From Epithemia pelagica (taxonomy: Eukaryota > Protista > Bacillariophyta), in contig OX337242.1 of assembly GCA_946965045.2 (NCBI GenBank), positions 1,860,001-1,924,000 on the forward strand: a DNA stretch of 64,000 nucleotides. The letters run 5' to 3'. Below, in pieces: positions 44,239 to 54,517 of the stretch. Below the pieces are notes generated by a model, which saw only the letters and a list, made by a program, of their open reading frames with translations, did not search any database and was not told the origin of the DNA. Position 1 is the first letter of the stretch, and the number at the start of each line of letters is the position of its first letter. The translations under genes and the position numbers were made by a program.

Positions 44239-47200
44239 CACTCCTTTTCGAAGAGTGATGTGGATCACTTTTTGGAATATGGAGGATAGCGTCACGAAAC
44301 TTGTAAAACAGATGACCTTGCAGTGGCTTAGTGTGAAAGTCAGCCAACATCTCTTCGGTTGGGCAATGTTCCACACGCAATTCTTTCTTCGCAATCCGGT
44401 CTTTCACGTAAAAATAGCGTACGTTGATGTGTTTCGTTCTCTTGCTGCTTGATGCGCGTCCATTTTTCTCTAACTGTAATGCGCTCATATTATCTTGGTA
44501 CAGCACAACGTCTTTAGGTTGATACCCTTGATGGTGCAGAAAATTTCGGCACCACAACAAATTTGGCAGTCCGTCATGAACCCCAATCAGTTCACTTTCC
44601 GTGGAACTTCGTGACACAAGCTTTTGTTTACTCGACATGTTCATGGCACCACCTTTGCCTAGACTCATCACTGCACCAGTGTGACCTCGCATGTCGGGGT
44701 GTACGGCATACGATGCATCAATCCACCATTGCACCCGTCCACTTCCATCACACTCGAGACGCAACAACAAATCAAAGGTTGACTGTAAATACTTCATGAC
44801 CCGACTCAACTTTCTCCAATCGTCAAGGTCGGGTGCTGCAACTCTTGTGCTCAGGAATCCGATGGCTACACGGATATCGGGGCGACCACGGTGGGCAAGA
44901 TACATCAATTGCATCACCAGACTATGGAAGTATTCACTCTTTTCCTTGTTGAGCTTTGGAGCATTGTCGTTTACTGCAAACAAATGTTGTGCAGCAGGGG
45001 TCACTGCTTTCCCTTTGAACTGTTTCGGCATTTCGTCCAATGCATTTTGAATGTAACTTCTCATGTCAACAATCAATACCCCTGGCTCGGTATAATCCAG
45101 GTACATGCCCAGGTAATCATGTCTTTTTCCTTCCGATACTGAGATTTCTCCCAGCTGACCGAAGCTATGCTTGATTTGATCCACAATGTCACTAACCACT
45201 TTGTCTTCTTTGTGTGATATTTTCAGGTCATCAATGTGCCAGGTTATGGTACATTGTGACCCGTTGATCACCTTATTCGCCACACAGCTGTCATATGGGT
45301 TGATAATGAATCCCCACTCCTTGATCTCAGCTGACAGACGCTCCCAAAACAGCCGAGCTGCCCGAAGAGTTCCGTACAGAGCACGCAGCAATTCAACATA
45401 GATGACCGGTTCGCCATGTTCATACACAACAAACTGTTTGTAACTTGAATCGATCTCGATCAAAAGTGTTGCCATTAGTCCCGTGATTCTCATGTGCACG
45501 CCTTTGTCCATCATCACTTGCATGAATGCACCTGGTATATCTACCACAGTCACACAGCGACCCTCCATGGCGTCAATGATTGCTGTGATAAATACAGCAT
45601 CTGTACTGACAGTCGGTGAGGTTGCATCTTCCTTGGCAATGTATGCTCTTTGTTTCCGTCCGTCTGCACATCCTCTTCCTTTTATTTTCCCATTCCTCTT
45701 TCGTTTAAGGAACATTAAGTATCCTAACGCTTCTCTTATTTGTCCCGGTGTAAGACTGCTTTTCTGTATTGCTCTTATGACTTCTCGTTCGTGAAGTTGA
45801 ACAACTTCAGTTTTCACTGCTGCCACTCCTGCATCTCCGAACAGTCTCACCCCTTGTTTCATGCTCATTTGTGGTGTCGACAGGTCCTGAACAGTACTGC
45901 TGCTAACATAGATATCACCGTGATAACGATGGGCATAATTCCGTTCTCGATTGGTTCGTAGGTTGTATTGGTGTCGTGGTGGACTCGCCCTGTTTGCATC
46001 GTCTCCACTGGGAGCTGCAGTTGGACCCTCGTTCGGTTCTCTTCTTGCAGTCTCCATATCCGACTCATTGCTGTCTGTCTCCACTTCAGGTGCTTCATTA
46101 TTGTTATTTGCCATCTCATCATCGGCCGTAGCTTGCTCCATGAATTGCTCAATAATTTCTTCAGTGTCTTCCTGAGTTTGTACCGAGGCATTCTCCATTT
46201 GGTGTGCCTCTGCATTCGGAGCTGTAGTTGGACCCGAATTCGGTTCCGCTGCTGGTTCCAAGTGATCATCCACATGATGATCCACGTTAGCTACATTGTC
46301 TACCACGTTGTCACCTTCCTCATCATTCAAACCATGTTCTTCAGGCTCCTCGTCCTCCAGACCATCCAACACTCCTTCATCCTCTCCATCTCCATCACTT
46401 ACATAATCATCAGCGACAATGTCCTCCCCCACTGGTTCGTCATCCTGAACATCGGCCAGCTCCTCAGCAATAAACTCGTCATCATATCTTAATACTTCGT
46501 CAAAATCCTCATGTACAACATAATCCTCGTCGTCATCCTCATTATACCCAAGATCCTCAAAATTAACCATTGTGATTCGGTTGTCACGATTTCCAAAGGC
46601 CAATTCAGGATATTGGTCTTGTGTTGCTGTCAATGCCGCTACTCTTTTCTCTATTCCTTCGGGCATTGGCAATATCGTTGCTTTTGCCCGGTTTAGAATT
46701 CTCCCGGTTACCAAACTCATAAAGTAGTAACCCCCTTGTTTGTTTCCTGTTGGTCGGAGTGCAATGGCTCCGACTGTTCGTGGCTGCATGGTGTTGTTAT
46801 GCGGTTCGTGTACTTGTACGTACTGCCCGAACTCGTACTGACAGTGCTTGTGAAAGTCGATATCCTCACCAGTTACCAATAATCGAGGGCTTGACCGGTC
46901 TGATATTCCATTTTTGGCCGGGAATGAGTTCAGCCAGTAGACAGCGAATTTCCCAAGCTCCATCACCATTATCCGCGGGACAAAACTAAATGGTAGGGTG
47001 TTATACACGCATCTCATTCTCTCTTTGATTGTTCTGATGTAACGCTCAATGTCACCGACATGTTCTTCTCGTGACGTCGGATTCAATTTTATTCCCAGTA
47101 GTCCAAGGGCGTTGTTAATCTCTGTGGTGTCGAAGGCACCATCAGCTAGTATAATTTTAGGCCGCAGGCCCCCTCTTCTGTAGGTACTGACCACTTTCTT

Positions 47201-49186
47201 GATTGACTGGACGATTTCACTATCTTGTGTACTTGAGATTACGTCAATGGTTCCGAACTTGATGTTTCGTGACACGGTCACTAGGAACCCCACACCATTC
47301 ACATGCATAACATCCATCCCAAGTGTGACATCTTGATATTCGGCAGGGATTCTACACTCCTTAATTTCCTCCGTGTGCACTTTGGTTGGCTTTGATCGCA
47401 CGGTCTTTCCTTTTAGCGTTCCTATATCGGGCCCAAACAGACTTTCAGCAATCTTTACGTCCTTGCTTGTAAATGGGCAATTGTTGATCATCTTTGCATC
47501 AAGAATTCTGATGAATTCTCGGGTATTTGGCCGTCCTATCTTGGCTTGCAGTTGCCTTACGGCTTCAGCCCGTTTGATATCTTGTTTCGAATATGATGTC
47601 TTATTGTCTTTAACTGTACTAACTAAAACAGAGCCGTGTGTGAATGGGGCACTTGGCCAGCTAGTATAGTACAGTCCTTCAGGGCTGGGGCGGAATATAT
47701 CTGTGACTTCCCCTGTCAGTATTGCCCGGACAATGAATTCGTCTTCTTTCACGCTGTTGAAATGGATACTGTGTGCTCTTTTCACTTGATGCATAGATAA
47801 AATATTCACCCAACCGCCTGGGTCGTACCATACGGTACCATAATTCTTGACTTGGGCCTGTAGGTTGGTTGTTCTTTTACCACAAAGGCCTCGGATGGTC
47901 ATGCTTGTTGCCACCTTTGTGATGTTGGTAATAAGTTTCTTGTTACTGAAAATGCTAACTGTTGCTTGGCTGTCCAATAGAACCCAATGGGGAGGGACAT
48001 TATCCTGTGACAAAGTAGAGGCAGCGAATATATGTGAGACAGAGTAGTGGTTGTCAGTACAAATTGCATTTGAGCGCGAACCTTCTGAGCTAGATGCATT
48101 TTGGCTGTTCTCTGATGACCCATGCTCGCTTGCATTAGAGTTCCCAGCCACAAAAGCTACACCAGTGCCTGTCCCTTGTCCTTGGTTCTGATTGTTGTTG
48201 TTATTATTGTTCTGTTGGCTATCACGGCGAACCATTCGTGCATCAATGATTGCACGGGCATTTGCCAAGGTTGATGGGTATATTGTGTTCCCATCCAAGA
48301 AGCTGTTGTGGAGATGAGCCTCATACTCCTTCACCCCACACGCCCTGATGAATCTATTTGCGATCATCCTTTCTTCTGCCTCTTCCCTGTCGGTATCCTC
48401 AGCAGTTGTTCGCTCATTTTTCTTGGCTATTTCATTCACGTAGGTTGGGTCGCATAACACCACTCCCAACTCCCTCATGATCTTTACCTTAGCAGTGAAG
48501 GCTTCATAGAATGCCTGGATTGACTGGCCAGGATGGCGCTTCATGGTGTAGAAGTCTGCCCTCACTTTATCCATGGCCATTCCAGTGTAGACTCTATCAC
48601 TATCGTAGGTGAAGGTGATACTCTTGATTAACTTGAGTAGTTCGATTCCATCACGACTTGTGTGAATGCTTTCGAACGACGCGTGTGCCTTGAGCTTGTC
48701 TTTGAGTACGGGTGTTGACTGGCCGAGCAAGAGACTGTACAGCGAGGACTTGAAACTGCCAATTGCAACTTCTTGCTCTTGTATCTGCTTGAACTCCATT
48801 TTCCACTGCTCGACGGCTAGCATCGTCATGGTGCTTTCGTCTTCAGGGATTTCTGGCCTTTGCGGTGGAGGAATTTCCAAATTCTCTATTCCACGTTGAA
48901 AAATCATGTTATACTTCGGGAACTTGGTCCCCACGTATCCGACAAGTAGCTCGATGTTCTTCAGGTACTTCTTTGATTGTGCATCATGGGCATAATCAAA
49001 TATGCACTCCTTGAGCAGCGGCTCTTGCCCTTCAAACTTTGGTTGATTTTGGCGCTGTCCTCGACCTTGGTTCGATCGTCTGCGTCCTCCTCGTCCTCCA
49101 CGACCTTGGTTACCACGTCCTTGGGACTGGTTCGAAGATGATGTCGCTTGATCAGGCCTTGGGCCATCTGTTTGATTGCTGGACAT
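44084..49186 (-). CDS. Gag-Pol polyprotein (gag-PR-IN-RT-RH, copia order)
   Basis: PR LLDSQAT; IN GMDVM/ADGAF/DIER; RT ALYG and WHIDDLK; RH IDAS/ESEL/QDN/ADFHTKPL. The stop codon lies inside the 3' LTR. Confidence 0.96.
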   Translation of the reverse strand: MSSNQTDGPRPDQATSSSNQSQGRGNQGRGGRGGRRRSNQGRGQRQNQPKFEGQEPLLKECIFDYAHDAQSKKYLKNIELLVGYVGTKFPKYNMIFQRGIENLEIPPPQRPEIPEDESTMTMLAVEQWKMEFKQIQEQEVAIGSFKSSLYSLLLGQSTPVLKDKLKAHASFESIHTSRDGIELLKLIKSITFTYDSDRVYTGMAMDKVRADFYTMKRHPGQSIQAFYEAFTAKVKIMRELGVVLCDPTYVNEIAKKNERTTAEDTDREEAEERMIANRFIRACGVKEYEAHLHNSFLDGNTIYPSTLANARAIIDARMVRRDSQQNNNNNNNQNQGQGTGTGVAFVAGNSNASEHGSSENSQNASSSEGSRSNAICTDNHYSVSHIFAASTLSQDNVPPHWVLLDSQATVSIFSNKKLITNITKVATSMTIRGLCGKRTTNLQAQVKNYGTVWYDPGGWVNILSMHQVKRAHSIHFNSVKEDEFIVRAILTGEVTDIFRPSPEGLYYTSWPSAPFTHGSVLVSTVKDNKTSYSKQDIKRAEAVRQLQAKIGRPNTREFIRILDAKMINNCPFTSKDVKIAESLFGPDIGTLKGKTVRSKPTKVHTEEIKECRIPAEYQDVTLGMDVMHVNGVGFLVTVSRNIKFGTIDVISSTQDSEIVQSIKKVVSTYRRGGLRPKIILADGAFDTTEINNALGLLGIKLNPTSREEHVGDIERYIRTIKERMRCVYNTLPFSFVPRIMVMELGKFAVYWLNSFPAKNGISDRSSPRLLVTGEDIDFHKHCQYEFGQYVQVHEPHNNTMQPRTVGAIALRPTGNKQGGYYFMSLVTGRILNRAKATILPMPEGIEKRVAALTATQDQYPELAFGNRDNRITMVNFEDLGYNEDDDEDYVVHEDFDEVLRYDDEFIAEELADVQDDEPVGEDIVADDYVSDGDGEDEGVLDGLEDEEPEEHGLNDEEGDNVVDNVANVDHHVDDHLEPAAEPNSGPTTAPNAEAHQMENASVQTQEDTEEIIEQFMEQATADDEMANNNNEAPEVETDSNESDMETARREPNEGPTAAPSGDDANRASPPRHQYNLRTNRERNYAHRYHGDIYVSSSTVQDLSTPQMSMKQGVRLFGDAGVAAVKTEVVQLHEREVIRAIQKSSLTPGQIREALGYLMFLKRKRNGKIKGRGCADGRKQRAYIAKEDATSPTVSTDAVFITAIIDAMEGRCVTVVDIPGAFMQVMMDKGVHMRITGLMATLLIEIDSSYKQFVVYEHGEPVIYVELLRALYGTLRAARLFWERLSAEIKEWGFIINPYDSCVANKVINGSQCTITWHIDDLKISHKEDKVVSDIVDQIKHSFGQLGEISVSEGKRHDYLGMYLDYTEPGVLIVDMRSYIQNALDEMPKQFKGKAVTPAAQHLFAVNDNAPKLNKEKSEYFHSLVMQLMYLAHRGRPDIRVAIGFLSTRVAAPDLDDWRKLSRVMKYLQSTFDLLLRLECDGSGRVQWWIDASYAVHPDMRGHTGAVMSLGKGGAMNMSSKQKLVSRSSTESELIGVHDGLPNLLWCRNFLHHQGYQPKDVVLYQDNMSALQLEKNGRASSSKRTKHINVRYFYVKDRIAKKELRVEHCPTEEMLADFHTKPLQGHLFYKFRDAILHIPKSDPHHSSKRSVLEVAGVGCATKDKEQAKMDDENTWQLVTRKKKSHSRSSGNEGTKCSFYQQ

Positions 49187-49194
49187 CTTGGTGG

Positions 49195-49995
49195 TTACTC
49201 AATGAGGCAGACGTTTTGTTCTTGTCTTAGTATTACTTCGTGGTGGTTGGTTCTTGGATTCCACACCTCTATGTGGATGTACACTTCAGTGATTCGCGTG
49301 ACTCGCCCTTCCTGATTGTGTACCAAGCCGATGTGGTCTGCGAGGCGTATCCCGTTTCGGATTCCGACTCGACTTCCAACTGCAAGTTGTCGTGCTGCTA
49401 CTTCACGTACTGGTGCTACTCGTAGACGGCGCGCAACTGGTTGGGCTTGAGGAAGGTTTTGTTCTCTCGGATTTTCACGAGAATTGTCTGGAATTGCTTC
49501 TTGAACTTCTTCGTGTTCCTGTTCCTCAGCGACGACTCCAATTGGCTGAGCCTCCGCTAGGATTTCTGGGTCTTGTTGAACCTGATTGACTGGTTGAACT
49601 TTGTCACGGTGTACTACTACGACGTGCGGTTCTTCGGGCTGTTCCTCTTCTTCGACTTCGAGATTCTCTTGCACCTCTGCTTGACGTCGTGCTTGTTCAG
49701 CTTGCTCTGCTTCACGGTAGAGATCGCGTTGGGCAACTTCCTGGTTGTGGCGAATGTCTCGTACTGTTTGTTGGTACTGTTGGCACTCTTCCGCGCGACG
49801 CTGCTGGTACTGCTGCTCCAACTGAGCCTTGTCGGCCCAATATTGACGATCGATGTCACGAAGTCGGGTTTGGTGACCTCGTTCTCGTCGGTTGAGTTCG
49901 CGATTCTGCTCAATCTTCAAGTGGGCAAGTGCACGGATGAGACGGGTCACTGGAGTATTAACTGGCGGTCCAAAAGGAATCTCAGCTCCGGACAT
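49195..49995 (-). CDS. Extra ORF between the 5' LTR and gag: coiled coil plus KOW/SH3-like C-terminus
   Basis: First internal ATG at 49995 (MSGAEIPF), 266 aa. Q/E/R coiled coil, then VGSRVGIRNG...EGRVTRITEVYIHIE. Its TAA is 8 nt before the gag ATG. Confidence 0.7.
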   Translation of the reverse strand: MSGAEIPFGPPVNTPVTRLIRALAHLKIEQNRELNRRERGHQTRLRDIDRQYWADKAQLEQQYQQRRAEECQQYQQTVRDIRHNQEVAQRDLYREAEQAEQARRQAEVQENLEVEEEEQPEEPHVVVVHRDKVQPVNQVQQDPEILAEAQPIGVVAEEQEHEEVQEAIPDNSRENPREQNLPQAQPVARRLRVAPVREVAARQLAVGSRVGIRNGIRLADHIGLVHNQEGRVTRITEVYIHIEVWNPRTNHHEVILRQEQNVCLIE

Positions 49996-50027
49996 GAACG
50001 CAACAGTCAATCTTAAGATATAAAGCT

Positions 50028-50041
50028 TTCTATCAACAATA
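50028..50041 (-). promoter_or_regulatory. PBS position, 14 nt perfectly complementary to LTR 50100-50113 (self-priming candidate)
   Basis: The minus strand reads LTR...CA|TATTGTTGATAGAA. The LTR contains TTCTATCAACAATA. There is no TGG start. Confidence 0.7.
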
Positions 50042-50253
50042 TGTTGAAACACAATCCCTACCAAGTGCCGTACAAGCAACAAAAGGATCGATAACTTCTT
50101 ATTGTTGATAGAATGAGCACTTGGTGCCCTCGTTACCACTAGATCTACTATGACTCTTTTTCTTTCGCGTCACCAGCTGCCACGTGTTCTCGTCATCCAT
50201 TTTCGCCTGTTCTTTGTCCTTAGTCGCACATCCGACTCCAGCTACCTCCAACA
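50042..50253 (-). repeat. 5' LTR
   Basis: 212 bp, TGTTGG...TTCAACA on the minus strand. Confidence 0.95.
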
Positions 50254-51519
50254 GTCATCAGAGAAGATTTCAATTTTCGCCCTCGGTATAGGTGACCACC
50301 TATTAGTCGTATGTACGTCGTCCGCAAACTGTCCCCCCAATGGAGTTTTTTTCTCGATTCAATTCCTATTTTCCATAAAAAAATCAGAAAGGACACGCCG
50401 GCATATCCTTGTCACATTTCAAATCAGTTTGAGTGGCCCAGCGTGCATGACGGTTGCCGTTGGTGGTGCACGAATTCTGCATACACTCTACAATATAAAA
50501 AAACAAACAAACCTCCATTACAGCGGCCATGTCCATGGCAATTCTTGCAATGGCATGATTTTTCAGCTTCCATGCTACCCAGGTACGTCAAGAAAGACAG
50601 AGCTGCGATTGGGCTAAGGACAAGCATCTCAATAGTCCCTCCCTGTTGTTTTTGTTCGCATACACCCCTTGAGCCCCATTTTCTGGACTCGTTGCGACGT
50701 CTCACTTTTCACCAGTCCAATTTCGCTTGTAGTCTTTATGATTGATTCATTTGTAGCCCTTTTACTCTGATACTAGTCTAGGTAGAATTCCTGTTCTATA
50801 TTTTATCATAGGGGTAAATATCAAGGTCAATGGTGGTGTCCTGCTCTACCAGGGATTCTCTTGTCTTTATTCTTCTCCTCGTCTTCACCTTGAAGAAGAT
50901 ACAGCAAACACTAAGAATTTGTCTCAGCGACCATTAGCCTAGAAAAAAAGTGGTGACAATCAGCCTCATGATGTAGTTTGTCATCTACAACTTGGATTAC
51001 TACTCCTAAGAGTAAGAAACCAAATCGTCCCCTACCTAGTAGACAACTCGAACCTGGATGTGACATGCCCTACAATGAGAAAATGGGCGAAACACTACCA
51101 ATCTCCTATCAATCCTAAGAAGAAACAGAAGGCACAAACAACAACTGAAGGAAAGACGCGCTCTGTCTACAGTCTACAATGATTCGTCCGCGGTTCATGT
51201 GCCATGGCCGATGGTCTTACAGGTACCGTGATAGGGCCCTTTAGATTTTGCTCTCACGGTTTTTATGTGAGCCGTCGCTCGCGAGCGTCTGCTGGAATTT
51301 GAATCGTGTTGATCAGGGTTGGTCTTATGGGAGCGTGATATTTTCTCATACTATCATGTTCTATCACGATTTTGCACACGTGTTCTGACGTAGCAGCATG
51401 ATAAGATGATAAGAATGAATATCATGCGCAAATTTTTGACGCATGATATTCATCCTTATCATCCTCTCTACCTCTTGTCTTTTTCTTTGCTACCCACCTA
51501 TCGTAGAACGAACAGCACC

Positions 51520-52902
51520 ATGGAGAAACCACCTCCACCGGATGGTACAGCACCTCCACCTGTAGCCAAGAAGGCAAAGAAGCAGGTAGAGAAACCCCTT
51601 CCACCTTTTCTTCAAACACTGAATATTCTCAGCATGCCTGACTACGAAGTTACCTCCACCAGGAAGAAAATAAAGAATGATGACGGAGTGGAGGAAGAGT
51701 TGGAGGTTGCGGAATCAATAATCAAGGGCGACGACAAGTGTCGACTGGAAAAAGAGCTCACTGCTCTACAACTCCGCAAGATTGCAAAGAACCTCGGTGT
51801 TACCAAAGGGAGTCTTTCCAAGGGACAGTGCTGCTATTGGATCCTACGTTCCAAGGGTGATCAAGGCATCATCCAGCGAGACGCACGAAAGCTCCCCGCC
51901 ACTCATTGTCGTATAATCAATGTATGGTTTCATAGAAACTATGTGGAGGACTTTGTGGCTTTCAATGATGCCAGATCAAGAACTACACAAGAAACTGGGC
52001 CTGGTTCTTCCTACGAACGCTTTTGGAAGTCAGTTGTCAATGCAGTCAATGGTTCGGAGACCACTCCCCAAAAACAACAACAACAATCAAGTTCTAGTCG
52101 GGAAACAATTCTTGTCCGTGAAGAGGATACCCTTGCGGAGCTTCCTGACTCGCAACCTATCGAAGCAGCCGATTCCGAGAGGAGAATTCTTGACTTCGGG
52201 TTGGATGACTCACCTGAGGATCCGTACAAGGACTTGCTCCTCAAAGAAGACATAGAGGAGAACAACACTTACAATGGCCACATCACGGATGCAAAGCAAG
52301 AAGGAATGGTACCTACCATTGAAAACTGTGTAAAGATCACAAGCAGCGATGTTACGATGCTTTTCAAGGCCTTGTTGAACATCAGGAAATTGATCTCTAC
52401 TGCGATGAAAGCCAGTGGATCACACGACAGTGATCCAATGGCTTTTGTTGATCAGGCTTTGTATAAGGCGACTACCAAAGTGCACCGCTTTGTGGCCTTC
52501 TACTTTTTCACTAGGGCTGAGATGGTCCAAGGTTTTGCCCATACATTCACCACTTCGCTGCCAGAGAGTCTTCGAGCCGAGAGTACACGGCCACTTGGAA
52601 CAATCTCTTCAACAGGCAAGTCAGGCAAGAAGAGTCGTTCCTCCACACCCAATTCCCAGACAACTAAGTCTTTGGAAGGAACAACTGCTGTTGCCATGCA
52701 GCAATCAGTAAAAGTAGCCATGGACCAGATGACGACTGAATCGCTTCAACGACAGTATGAACAGGTCCAGCATCTCATGGTTGCGGCAGAGGGACGTATG
52801 AAACGCAAATTTGCCAAAAAGTTGGAGAAGCTAGCGGAGAAGCTAGATTTACCAGCAGATTCGGAATCCTCTTCTTCCACCTCTTCCAAGGAATCAAATT
52901 AG
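51520..52902 (+). CDS. Harbinger accessory (putative DNA-binding) protein
   Basis: Second ORF inside the TIRs. Contains LTALQLRKIAKNLG and CRIINVWF...FWKSVVNA. Harbinger elements typically encode a Myb/SANT-like partner. Confidence 0.75.
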   Translation: MEKPPPPDGTAPPPVAKKAKKQVEKPLPPFLQTLNILSMPDYEVTSTRKKIKNDDGVEEELEVAESIIKGDDKCRLEKELTALQLRKIAKNLGVTKGSLSKGQCCYWILRSKGDQGIIQRDARKLPATHCRIINVWFHRNYVEDFVAFNDARSRTTQETGPGSSYERFWKSVVNAVNGSETTPQKQQQQSSSSRETILVREEDTLAELPDSQPIEAADSERRILDFGLDDSPEDPYKDLLLKEDIEENNTYNGHITDAKQEGMVPTIENCVKITSSDVTMLFKALLNIRKLISTAMKASGSHDSDPMAFVDQALYKATTKVHRFVAFYFFTRAEMVQGFAHTFTTSLPESLRAESTRPLGTISSTGKSGKKSRSSTPNSQTTKSLEGTTAVAMQQSVKVAMDQMTTESLQRQYEQVQHLMVAAEGRMKRKFAKKLEKLAEKLDLPADSESSSSTSSKESN

Positions 52903-52972
52903 TAACATCTGTAATGTCCAAAATGTCTCTCTATATTAATATCCTTCTTTATTACTTCAATTCCTGGTAGTC

Positions 52973-54268
52973 TCAATTCTGGTGGCTTTGTGTGGGACGA
53001 ACAAGGCCTCGTTGGTCAATTCGTGAAGCCATTTGATGTCGTGCAGTGGAATGTGACCTGTTTAGACGACGATTACGACGGAGAAACCCTTGGTCATCAT
53101 ACAGCAACACATTTCCACTCACATCTACAGGTTGTGATGGCAAAAAAGTGCTGTTGTCTTGATTATGAAGAGCTTCGGTTCGATGCATATTTTGCAAAGA
53201 CTCACCTTGATCGAGTTGGCATTGGACAACAAAATTGTGTAGCCGTGCAATGGCCATAACATATACTGGGAGCCAACGTGTTACTTGACTGGGACGTTGT
53301 AGATAGCGCCACTTCATTTGCATAAGCCCAAAGGCCATCTCTACTCGAATGCGCAACTGGGAAGCAAAGTAATTAAAATTGTCAAAAAAGGGCTCCGTAT
53401 GATTTACCCCGTAGTAGATTGGAGTTACATGCTCCGAAGGGTCGTAGGCAGCGTCCCCAATGACGCAATAGCCCGGAGGTAGGTTGTCCACCATCGAAGC
53501 AAGGTCACATTCGTAGAATGCTACCCTGTCATTCATGTTGCCAGGGCCAACAATAGCAAAATATAGAAATTTTCCATTGTGGTCACATGCTGCCTGGATG
53601 TTGAATCCAAATTTGCAGTAGTGACCGGAGTAAAACTGGCGTTGGTTACCCACAAGTCTCTTACTGGGCATATTCGTGTGAAGGAGATACCCATCTATCA
53701 CTGCCACACAATTGATGATTGCTTGACCAAACGAGATGGACTCGAACCCAATAGCTGCTTCTTCGCATTCTGTTTCGGTACTTGGGAATTTAATAGCGAG
53801 AACAGGACAATTAACGATTGTTTCAGCAACCTCATGCAATATTTGATAGCAGTAAGATTTTGAAATCCCCATGCTTTGCCTTATGTCGTGAACTGCACCA
53901 CCACCCAAGTATCGTAATGTAGAATAGAGCTTAACTTCAGACTCAATATGTCCCCCACGGAGATCACCCATCTCCTGGTTTTTGCGTAGATCTTCCTTAA
54001 GTAGATCATGAAGCAGGAAGAAAGCATCCATGGGCATTCTGATGCACTTGATGAAGTCGGCCTGGTTGTTGCCAATGTTGTCCGCCTTGAACGTTTCCCA
54101 ATTGACTCTTTTCAATGGGGTGCTCTTCTTGCGAGACTTGGGTTGATTTTGGGTGGCTTCTTCTTGTTTGTTCTGCATTGATAACAGAACTGGCATTAGA
54201 GAAGCAACTGCTAACACCATTTGCCTTTGGCGCTGGAAGTTTTCTTCACCAAGGTTGTTTCTCTCCAT
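52973..54268 (-). CDS. Harbinger/IS5-like DDE transposase (DDE_Tnp_4 type)
   Basis: AVIDGYLL, FNIQAACDH, MNDRVAF, IGDAAY, RIRVEMAFGLMQMKWRYL. Confidence 0.93.
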   Translation of the reverse strand: MERNNLGEENFQRQRQMVLAVASLMPVLLSMQNKQEEATQNQPKSRKKSTPLKRVNWETFKADNIGNNQADFIKCIRMPMDAFFLLHDLLKEDLRKNQEMGDLRGGHIESEVKLYSTLRYLGGGAVHDIRQSMGISKSYCYQILHEVAETIVNCPVLAIKFPSTETECEEAAIGFESISFGQAIINCVAVIDGYLLHTNMPSKRLVGNQRQFYSGHYCKFGFNIQAACDHNGKFLYFAIVGPGNMNDRVAFYECDLASMVDNLPPGYCVIGDAAYDPSEHVTPIYYGVNHTEPFFDNFNYFASQLRIRVEMAFGLMQMKWRYLQRPSQVTRWLPVYVMAIARLHNFVVQCQLDQGESLQNMHRTEALHNQDNSTFLPSQPVDVSGNVLLYDDQGFLRRNRRLNRSHSTARHQMASRIDQRGLVRPTQSHQN

Positions 54269-54517
54269 CTTTTTGTTTCGTTGCTGTTTTGATTTGGACG
54301 AGATGAATGAGAGTTGGGGGGGGGCTAGAACTAGAGGAGGGGATGATAAGATGATATCATATCATCTTGATAAGAACCAAATTTTATCATACTAGAAGGT
54401 GCGACATGGAGAATGTCCGTCAGCGTGATATGAGATGATATCACGCTCCCATAAGACCGAACCTCAGTTCTTCGGCACTCTCTTCTCTCTTCTCTCTTCG
54501 TTTCGGTTCGCAAACAT

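Larger units (their letters stand above)
44027..50253 (-). mobile_element. Complete Ty1/copia (CoDi-like) LTR retrotransposon, 6227 bp
   Basis: Identical 212-bp TG...CA LTRs, 5-bp TSD GTCAT (44022-26 and 50254-58), intact gag-pol. Confidence 0.97.
51316..54463. mobile_element. Complete PIF/Harbinger DNA transposon, 3148 bp
   Basis: 26-bp TIRs GG(G/T)T(T/C)GGTCTTATGGGAGCGTGATAT at 51316-41 and 54438-63; 3-bp TSD TCA (51313-15, 54464-66); subterminal GATAAGATGATA motifs; two convergent ORFs. Confidence 0.93.
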
